From the IMG/VR virus record IMGVR_UViG_3300036985_009306, positions 64,001 through 128,000 of that record: 64,000 bases of DNA. One strand, given 5' to 3'. Shown here piece by piece: positions 57,133 through 64,000 of the stretch. The notes beneath the pieces are model-generated. The model had not been told where the DNA came from. It made no database searches and was given only the letters and a program-made list of their open reading frames with translations. The DNA is from a virus. The position numbers and the translations under genes were made by a program. Each line of letters begins with the position of its first letter. The first letter of the stretch is position 1.

Positions 57133-58293
57133 ATGGCTGACAAGACGAATCCTTGGTTAGATGAAGGTCAAAAATATGATCAGGAGAACAAACAAAAAGA
57201 AGTTAGAGAATTGAAATTTCAAGACAACAAGACACATACAGTTAGAGTTGTACAGAAAAAAGAAGGAGATATTCCATTTTGTGGTTATAAACAACATTGG
57301 ATACCACAAAATGGTTCAACAACTGGTAAACCAATTACACATGGGATTGATGAGAGATGTGGAGTATGCAATTGGGTTTCAACACAATGGGATGAAATCC
57401 ATCGTTTAAAAGAAGAAGAAGATATGACAGATAAAAGTCCTGAGGTAGTTGCTGTTTTTGAAAAACAACAAAAAGTGGCAGCAAAAACAAAATATGATAT
57501 GAATGTTCTCCATCGTGAGGATCTTTATGTTATAAATAAAGAAACAGGGGAAAAGATATTAGCTCCAAAAAGAATGTGTGCAGGATCAACTGTTTATAAA
57601 GAAATATTTGGATATGCAAAAAAATGGGGAAGTCCTTCTAATGCTAAATCAGGTTATGATCTTGAAATAAAAACAACAGGAGCTAAAGAGAGAAGAGAAT
57701 ATAGTGTCATTCCAGATCGTAATGCTTCTCCTTTGACTGAAGAAGAAATTAAATCTTTGGACAAATGCTTTACTTTAGATCAGTATAGAAAAACAACATC
57801 TATATCTGATATTAAAAAGATTTTAGAAAATGCAAAGTCACCTTATAATGAAATTTTGAGTTTTATTAAAGAAGATGGTATAGCTTCTATACAAACAGTT
57901 TCTTCAAAATCTCAAGACAATCCAGTTGAGGTTGAGAAGGAAATTAATCAGGCTATAAAATCTGAGCCAAAAAAAGAAGAGAAAAAGTCAGAACCTGTTA
58001 AAGAAGAACCTAAGAAGGAAGAGCCCAAAAAAGAAGAAGTAAAACCAGCACCTGTTGATGATGAACATAATATTGAAGTTTATGAGTGCAAGGGTGATCA
58101 TGATGAGAATGATCAGATGTGTGTTGATTGTCCTGTAAAAACTGATTGTGAAGAGATTCATCCGATTTATGTGAAGGCAAAACAATTGGGAGTAAATATC
58201 GACCCTCATAGACGAATAGCAGAGATAAAAGAGGATGTCAAAAAATTGGAAGAACCTGCAAAACCTGTAAGAGGTAAAAAGATACCCTTTTAA
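57133..58293 (+). CDS. Single-stranded DNA-binding protein (gp32-like) with extended C-terminus
   Basis: VRVV...HWI...CGVC...GYDLEIKTTG...EYSVIP gp32-like core. ATG 57133 has GGAGG RBS (track start 57121). Confidence 0.7.
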   Translation: MADKTNPWLDEGQKYDQENKQKEVRELKFQDNKTHTVRVVQKKEGDIPFCGYKQHWIPQNGSTTGKPITHGIDERCGVCNWVSTQWDEIHRLKEEEDMTDKSPEVVAVFEKQQKVAAKTKYDMNVLHREDLYVINKETGEKILAPKRMCAGSTVYKEIFGYAKKWGSPSNAKSGYDLEIKTTGAKERREYSVIPDRNASPLTEEEIKSLDKCFTLDQYRKTTSISDIKKILENAKSPYNEILSFIKEDGIASIQTVSSKSQDNPVEVEKEINQAIKSEPKKEEKKSEPVKEEPKKEEPKKEEVKPAPVDDEHNIEVYECKGDHDENDQMCVDCPVKTDCEEIHPIYVKAKQLGVNIDPHRRIAEIKEDVKKLEEPAKPVRGKKIPF

Positions 58294-58372
58294 ACAGATA
58301 GGAAACAAAAATGAGGTTGTGATAGTGAGGGAAAATATTTTGAATTAAAGGTTGTTTAAAATTGGAGAAACA

Positions 58373-59635
58373 ATGAACACACTTTCTGCAGCAGAAAGAA
58401 TTGAGAAAAAGTTTGGTGGAAAATGGGAAAAAGCTGGAAGCGGAATTTTGAAGCCTCCAGCTTCTATTTCTACTGGTTCAATCTTAATGGATCAAGCAAT
58501 TGGAGATTGCAAAGGTTATCCTGAAGGAAGTATAATTGAGATTTATGGTCCTCAACATTCAGGTAAGACCTTAATGGGATATCTTGCAATTGCTTCTTCT
58601 CAAAGAAAAAATGCAAAAAAAGATCATCTTATAATTGATGCTGAGAATCAATTTAGATTTCAGTCTAGATGGGCTAAGCAAGTAGGTGTAGATGTACCCA
58701 ATCTTTATGTCAAACCTGTTACTTCAGGAGAAGAAGCTTTTGATATTATTGAAATGGCTATTTTGGGAGACGTAAAAATTAATACAGATGGAGAAGTTGC
58801 TGGAGTGGTCGAACCAGGTAATTTTGGAATTATTATGGTTGATTCTGTTACTCAATTAGTTCCTTTGGAAATGATTCATAAGGGAATGGATGAGTCTCAG
58901 AGAATGGCTTCAGTTGCAGCAATGATGTCAAGAGGTTTGAAGAAAATTTTGTCTGCAATGGTTATCTCTAATTCAAAGACAATAATAATATTTATTAATC
59001 AAGTCAGAATGAATCCTCAACCAAAATATGGGGCAAATCCGGAGAATAGAACAGGAGGAATGGCTCTTCCTTTTTATAATACTATTTCTTTTAGAGTTTC
59101 AAAAGTTAGAAAATCTGAAGAAAGAGATGAAAGAGGAATGATATTTGCTCATCAAGCTAAAGTAAAGTTTGATAAAAATAAAGCAGGTGGTCTACCTGCT
59201 GATCCTATTATAATTAGAATTTGTTATGATGGTACCGGTATAGATCAAGATGCTGAATTAGCATCTGTAGCAGAATTGAATGGAATTATAAAAGAAGTTA
59301 AGAAGGGTAAGTTTAATTTCTTCAAACCTGGTACTGATGATCTTCTTGATAATAATATAGAAAATTTTAAGAGAGATGATTTTAGAATAGTTTTAGATCA
59401 ACATAAAGAGATAAAAGATTTGATTTATAAGTTCATTCAAGAAGGAAAATTTTATTCTACTAGTGAAGTAGAAGAAGATAACCCTGAAGTAGAAGAACTT
59501 TCTGATGCAAAAAAAGTAATGACTGAAACAGTTGGAACAGAAAATTTGAATGAAAAAACAAATAATGAAACTGTATCAGTAAGTGTATCTGAACTTGAAG
59601 AACAAACAACTAGAAAAAGACGAAAAGTTTCATGA
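58373..59635 (+). CDS. recA: RecA/UvsX recombinase
   Basis: ISTGSILMD, IIEIYGPQHSGKT, IDAE, VDSV, IFINQVR, TGGMAL. ATG 58373 has GGAG RBS. Confidence 0.92.
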   Translation: MNTLSAAERIEKKFGGKWEKAGSGILKPPASISTGSILMDQAIGDCKGYPEGSIIEIYGPQHSGKTLMGYLAIASSQRKNAKKDHLIIDAENQFRFQSRWAKQVGVDVPNLYVKPVTSGEEAFDIIEMAILGDVKINTDGEVAGVVEPGNFGIIMVDSVTQLVPLEMIHKGMDESQRMASVAAMMSRGLKKILSAMVISNSKTIIIFINQVRMNPQPKYGANPENRTGGMALPFYNTISFRVSKVRKSEERDERGMIFAHQAKVKFDKNKAGGLPADPIIIRICYDGTGIDQDAELASVAELNGIIKEVKKGKFNFFKPGTDDLLDNNIENFKRDDFRIVLDQHKEIKDLIYKFIQEGKFYSTSEVEEDNPEVEELSDAKKVMTETVGTENLNEKTNNETVSVSVSELEEQTTRKRRKVS

Positions 59636-60273
59636 AAATACTTGGTTTAGACGTCTCGTCACATTCGACAGGTTGGGGAATAATTGATTCTGACAAAATT
59701 AATACGAAATTGATTGGATATGGTTTGATCAGGAACGACAATTCAATGGGTCAGACTCAAAGACTTTATTTTCAGGGAAATGAACTTAAGAAAATTATAG
59801 AAAAGTTTTGTCCTGATCATATTGGAATTGAAGAAACTATTTTGGTTCGTGGTCCAAAAATAATGAGAACTTTGGCTAGATTTTCAGGTGTTGCTCTTTT
59901 TCAATCATATAGTTATCAAAAGAAAGAAATATTTTGTTTTGAACCATCGGCTTGGAAAAAAACATTAGGAGTTGGAGGTAATGCAACTAAGGCTGAAGTT
60001 CAAACTGAAATATGTTCTAGATTTAATCTATTAACACCCAAACAAATTGACGACTATAAGAAGATTTTCAGTACAATTGAACAAGCAGTTAGTACTATGA
60101 GATTATTATGTAAAGGACAAAAATTAAAGAGAAAAGATGTTAACAAGAAAATTAAAGAAATAGAAAAACAGTATGAAACAGTGAGTACAAACATTTATAG
60201 TGATTGTGGAATAAATAGTGATATTGCAGATTCTATTGCTGTTGCACTTGCAGTGTTAAATGAAATTAGATAG
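59632..60273 (+). CDS. ruvC: RuvC-like Holliday junction resolvase
   Basis: ILGLDVSSHSTGW, IGIEE, PSAWKK..G.GNATKAEV, DIADSIAVA. Confidence 0.85.
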   Translation: MKILGLDVSSHSTGWGIIDSDKINTKLIGYGLIRNDNSMGQTQRLYFQGNELKKIIEKFCPDHIGIEETILVRGPKIMRTLARFSGVALFQSYSYQKKEIFCFEPSAWKKTLGVGGNATKAEVQTEICSRFNLLTPKQIDDYKKIFSTIEQAVSTMRLLCKGQKLKRKDVNKKIKEIEKQYETVSTNIYSDCGINSDIADSIAVALAVLNEIR

Positions 60274-60691
60274 AAATTACCATTACGATGAACAACAAGG
60301 TATTTTTGTTTTTGATGATGAATTGTCAATTAATTGGCTTCTTTCACAAGTTCTCAACAAATCTAATCTGCAAATCACAAAAATATCTAATGAGGAACTC
60401 AATCTTTTTCTCACCTTGCTTAATGATTCAGATCTCAGGATGCCAAATGGGCAACATAGTCTTTTTTGGTTGCGTGAACAGTTAAAAGAAAAAATGCAAT
60501 TAGCTGACTCTAAAACAGGAGAGTCATGGCATCATACAACAATAAGATTTAGATTCATAATAGAACAAGTAGACCATATTCTTGCAAGTTCAAAAGATCT
60601 CAAAGAGAAACAAGAAATAAAGAAAGAAGAACAACTTAAACAGATCAAAAGAGATCCCAATAACATGGAGGCTCATTTTGAACCAATCTGA
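60260..60691 (+). CDS. Hypothetical protein
   Basis: 143-aa ORF overlapping the ruvC end. Confidence 0.65.
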   Translation: MKLDRNYHYDEQQGIFVFDDELSINWLLSQVLNKSNLQITKISNEELNLFLTLLNDSDLRMPNGQHSLFWLREQLKEKMQLADSKTGESWHHTTIRFRFIIEQVDHILASSKDLKEKQEIKKEEQLKQIKRDPNNMEAHFEPI

Positions 60692-60730
60692 TAAAATACA
60701 TGTTCCTTATAACACTAAAGGAGACTCTTT

Positions 60731-61492
60731 ATGAAACACATTCTCTATTCTATCTTCGTTCTATTGTTCTTGCACATAACATTAGCTCAGGAATATGCAC
60801 AAAAAGTTTCTCTCACACCTCTCGTGTCTCTGACATGTCCACAACACGATTTCAACGACAACTACAAAAATGCGTTTGGGTCCGGATTTGAACTCGGTAT
60901 TAACAAAGATTATACAGACATCGGCTTAAATACATTCGTCGCCTGGTATATTGATTATTTCAAAATCTCTGACTATAATAATTACGGCACTATAAACAGT
61001 ATCCACATAGGTTATAACTGGTATGTGTATTTCCTTTCTACAGGCTACAGCGTCGGTTGCTCTCGATTTTATGTTCCTGACAGCATATACCAACACCTTG
61101 GTAATAATACAGGTACAGAACTACTTAGTGAAAATAATTATAACCAACTCTCATTCTCAAACGACATCGGACTACGCTTTCCAATACGTCCATTATCTTC
61201 TTCACTATCATTTTACTATCACTTAGTTACAGTTGAACGTGCTTGGATGTTCTGGCATCAATCACTATCACAAGTAATCTCATCATTTGTCCCAGTATTA
61301 TTCGAAGATTGGGCATTAGATGCTGTAAAACACAATAATATGGCAGGTGCAATTTTTTTCAAATTAGTCAGTTCAGGTATAACATATGTTTGGTATGATT
61401 ACAATTACAAACATCATAATTGGCCCTGGCATGATAGTAAAGCTCTAAATTACCAGAGAGCTGTTTTCAAGATTTCATTTTACCTTAACTAG
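60731..61492 (+). CDS. Putative outer-membrane beta-barrel protein
   Basis: Signal peptide MKHILYSIFVLLFLHITLA, alternating aromatic/hydrophobic strands, C-terminal VFKISFYLN with terminal aromatic pattern. AAGGAG RBS. Confidence 0.6.
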   Translation: MKHILYSIFVLLFLHITLAQEYAQKVSLTPLVSLTCPQHDFNDNYKNAFGSGFELGINKDYTDIGLNTFVAWYIDYFKISDYNNYGTINSIHIGYNWYVYFLSTGYSVGCSRFYVPDSIYQHLGNNTGTELLSENNYNQLSFSNDIGLRFPIRPLSSSLSFYYHLVTVERAWMFWHQSLSQVISSFVPVLFEDWALDAVKHNNMAGAIFFKLVSSGITYVWYDYNYKHHNWPWHDSKALNYQRAVFKISFYLN

Positions 61493-61529
61493 AAGTGACG
61501 GAGAATAGGCTAGAATTAAAGGAAATACT

Positions 61530-62684
61530 ATGCAAATGGTAATATTATCTGACATACATTTGGGTAGATACAAATACGGTCGAATGAACTCAGATGGATT
61601 TGATTCTAGAACACAAGATATTCTAGATAATGTCCAACAAGCATTCGACTATGCATTAAAAAACAAAATAAACAATGTTCTCATACTTGGTGATTTTTAT
61701 CACACTAAACATCCTGCTCAAATATTTAGAAGATTAATGTCTGTCAAACTTGGTTGGGCTTTATCAAAAGGTATTAATTTATTTCTTTTATTAGGTAACC
61801 ATGATCAAGGAAAAAGTCATGGTCATGATCTAGTAGAAGCTGTAGAATTGAGTCAACAAATAGACAATCTTGGTGTTATAGAGAAACCTACATCCATAGA
61901 ATTAGAAGATTCTATTCTTTGTTTTATGCCTCATGTTAATATATTTGACATGAACATTCCTGTTGATGAATTTTATGGATATGTTATCACGAACATTAAT
62001 GAACTGACAAATATAGCAAGAAAAAGTACTGCCAAGTATAAATATTTTTTTGGACATTATCCTACAGATAAATCAGTTGCAGGAAAAAGTTTTGATATGG
62101 GAACGGATGAAAAAAGTATTAGAGTGATTCCATTAAACATATTTGACTCTACAGTTTGGACAAAAGTCTATTTAGGAGATATTCATAAACCGCAGGAGTT
62201 GAATTCATTTTGTAGACATGTGGGATCTATTGCAAGAGTAGATTTTGGAGAAGAAGGAGAAAGAAAGGGCTTTTATGTTGTTAATAGTGACAGAGATGAA
62301 TTTATAGAGATTAAAGACAGAGAATTTAAAACCTTGTTTGTAGATTTATCAGGTAATGCAAGACAGCAAATGGGTGATTTTTGTGAATGTATTCAAGATA
62401 TTGATTTGAGCAAATCAATAGTAAGATTAAAATCTGTAATTAAAGAATCAGACAAAAAGCTTGTAAGTTTTTCTGGATTAGAAGAATATTTAAAAGAAAC
62501 AAGTTGGAATTACGTAGGCAAAAGTATTGAAGAGGTAAGAGAGAGTAAAGAAGAAATTAGGATTAAGAATGAAGATATGAACTATGTGTCAATGTTCAGA
62601 AATTATCTTGAGCAATCAAATGTAGAATTAAAGGAAGAAGTATTGAAGACTGGTGAAGCCGTTTTGATGGAGATTATGAATTAA
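61530..62684 (+). CDS. sbcD: SbcD/Mre11-like nuclease (T4 gp47-like)
   Basis: SDIHLG, LGDFYH, LLGNHD, FFGH, YLGDIHKPQ, GSIARVDFGE. Confidence 0.88.
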   Translation: MQMVILSDIHLGRYKYGRMNSDGFDSRTQDILDNVQQAFDYALKNKINNVLILGDFYHTKHPAQIFRRLMSVKLGWALSKGINLFLLLGNHDQGKSHGHDLVEAVELSQQIDNLGVIEKPTSIELEDSILCFMPHVNIFDMNIPVDEFYGYVITNINELTNIARKSTAKYKYFFGHYPTDKSVAGKSFDMGTDEKSIRVIPLNIFDSTVWTKVYLGDIHKPQELNSFCRHVGSIARVDFGEEGERKGFYVVNSDRDEFIEIKDREFKTLFVDLSGNARQQMGDFCECIQDIDLSKSIVRLKSVIKESDKKLVSFSGLEEYLKETSWNYVGKSIEEVRESKEEIRIKNEDMNYVSMFRNYLEQSNVELKEEVLKTGEAVLMEIMN

Positions 62685-62721
62685 TGAAAACTTTTTCATG
62701 TGTTTAGTTAAAGGAGAAAAT

Positions 62722-63027
62722 ATGAAAAAAGAACTTGGAGAAGAGGGGACTGCAATGTTTAGTTCAAGTGTTACTGCTAAAGAAAATCCTCCAGTTATTG
62801 AGCAAATGGTAATGTTGTCATTAAATATTAGTAATTTGATGTCTTTGGTTAATGATTTTTCTATCAGAATAAAATCTGTGCGTTCTTGTGTAAAAAAATC
62901 TGTTGAAAAAGAAGAAAATAAAATGCCAGATGTTTGTGAGCTTGCTCAATCTTTGATAGCATGTAATTGCAAATTGGAAAATTTGATTGAAACAATGCAA
63001 ACTCTTATTAGTTCTTTGGAGATATAA
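62722..63027 (+). CDS. Hypothetical coiled-coil protein
   Basis: ATG 62722 has AAGGAG RBS (track start 62698). Confidence 0.6.
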   Translation: MKKELGEEGTAMFSSSVTAKENPPVIEQMVMLSLNISNLMSLVNDFSIRIKSVRSCVKKSVEKEENKMPDVCELAQSLIACNCKLENLIETMQTLISSLEI

Positions 63028-63383
63028 TGTGTAGGATAAATAATAATTGCAAAGTAGATGTAGAATTATTTCAAGAATACCGTACTGAACCTATTGCAAA
63101 ATGGAATAAAATAAAAAATAAAGAAGATATTTTTGTTATGGGTATACATGATGCATTACATAAACTTATGATACAAGCTTTAGAACAATGTGATGAAATT
63201 AGGATTCCTACTATTTTAGTAAATCATGAAACTCCTCAAGATAAATATGCTGATTATGACAACCAAGGAATAGGAATAGGTGAACCAATTGGAACAGTGG
63301 GAGAGTTTAGGTTAGGTTTTTATATGTACACGTTAGGTACAAAGAAAAAGGAGATTGCGAATGAAAAAATCAAAAGCGGCTGA
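63027..63383 (+). CDS. Hypothetical protein
   Basis: Translationally coupled ORF. Confidence 0.65.
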   Translation: MCRINNNCKVDVELFQEYRTEPIAKWNKIKNKEDIFVMGIHDALHKLMIQALEQCDEIRIPTILVNHETPQDKYADYDNQGIGIGEPIGTVGEFRLGFYMYTLGTKKKEIANEKIKSG

Positions 63384-63924
63384 AATGTTAGTTTATGCTT
63401 ATCAAGTGGCTACAATCGAAGATTCTGTTAGTATAGTAAGACATTGTGAGATAAAAGACAAACTTGATACAATAGGTTACTTGATTGTTAATAGTAATAC
63501 TTCAGAAACAAATAAAGATTGTGAATTAATATCTGTAGGTTTTAATGGAGGATTAGATGAGGGTCATGCTTGTGAAGTATGTGACATTACACCCAAAGAA
63601 TATAAAGAAATTTTGAATAAAGAACGCAAACTTCCCAAAGGATGGAAGTTGAAAGAAGTATTGTTTGATGGGACTTTTATTTATGACAAAATGGATGATT
63701 TAGAAAAATCTTTAAAAGATTGGCCTTATTCAGTAGAAATTGACGATCAACCAGAACGTAGACTTTTAGGTTTTAAATGTAAGTCAGGGAGAAAATGGCA
63801 AATTAGTTTTATAAATTTCAAAAAATCTAATCATTCTTTTAAGACGCCCGAAGATAAGCAGTTATTTATTAAGAAAGTAAATACAAAACCTTTTTATAAT
63901 AAAGATGTTGTATATGATTGGTAA
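63355..63924 (+). CDS. Hypothetical protein
   Basis: 189-aa ORF overlapping the previous gene. Confidence 0.65.
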   Translation: MRMKKSKAAEMLVYAYQVATIEDSVSIVRHCEIKDKLDTIGYLIVNSNTSETNKDCELISVGFNGGLDEGHACEVCDITPKEYKEILNKERKLPKGWKLKEVLFDGTFIYDKMDDLEKSLKDWPYSVEIDDQPERRLLGFKCKSGRKWQISFINFKKSNHSFKTPEDKQLFIKKVNTKPFYNKDVVYDW

Positions 63925-63982
63925 TGACAACTGATGAACAAGATAGAAGAATTACGTTTTTTATGAGATAAGGCTTGAAACT

Positions 63983-64000
63983 ATGCAAATCGAACAAATT
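63983..64000 (+). CDS. Start of a gene truncated by the window (MQIEQI...), possibly SbcC/gp46-like ATPase
   Basis: MQIEQI resembles SMC/SbcC N-termini, and its partner sbcD is nearby. Only 6 codons are visible. Confidence 0.3.

Noticed and set aside
578-60485. Numerous short minus-strand and nested ORFs in the track (e.g. 578-916, 2047-2295, 9957-10205, 46535-46858, 57988-58308)
   Set aside because: They lie antisense to or inside long, motif-bearing + strand genes and have F/L/S/I-rich shadow composition with no RBS or motifs.
60700-60891. 63-aa + strand ORF overlapping the beta-barrel gene
   Set aside because: It is out of frame within 60731, which has the RBS and signal peptide.
1-64000. 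Alternative genetic code (stop-codon reassignment)
   Set aside because: Standard code 11 gives near-complete coding density with ORFs up to 2417 aa, and TAA, TAG and TGA all end well-formed genes.
1-64000. tRNA, rRNA, integrase or att sites
   Set aside because: No cloverleaf/T-loop motif was seen in the few intergenic gaps, and no recombinase gene is present.

Overview
This window is a 64-kb segment of a large, AT-rich tailed-phage genome. It is myovirus-like (contractile-tail baseplate) and probably jumbo-sized. Almost every real gene is on the + strand, tightly packed, with ATGA-type overlaps. Layout: (1) 3' end of a tape-measure-like gene; (2) a cassette of about 7 non-structural-looking ORFs (1571-7206), most carrying one of two short conserved N-terminal leaders, MHKYS[DE]NCxxC or MNILNFVLRE; (3) a ~29-kb tail/baseplate block (7318-36429) with hub, spike, wedge, baseplate-J-like and very large modular beta-rich proteins; (4) an accessory patch (zinc-finger nuclease, a broken minus-strand HExxH gene, a degenerate RmlB, another leader-tagged ORF); (5) a replication/recombination/transcription block (UvsW-like helicase, DnaC, DnaB, trigger factor, Cas4-like nuclease, primase, sigma factor, NusG, DinG, 5'-3' exonuclease, HU-like, UvsY-like, gp32-like SSB, RecA, RuvC, SbcD). 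Two observations stand out. First, a portable His/CxxC N-terminal tag sits on six ORFs from at least three unrelated protein bodies, and one ORF stacks it behind a second tag resembling the T4 capsid-targeting sequence. Second, a ~60-nt intergenic element occurs in two copies (7221-7280, 22352-22415). It shows compensatory base changes, pseudoknot topology and mutually exclusive alternative pairings, and each copy precedes a ~14-15 kb structural gene run. No tRNA, rRNA, CRISPR array, integrase or reverse transcriptase was seen. All product calls come from motif recognition by eye; no database search was run.
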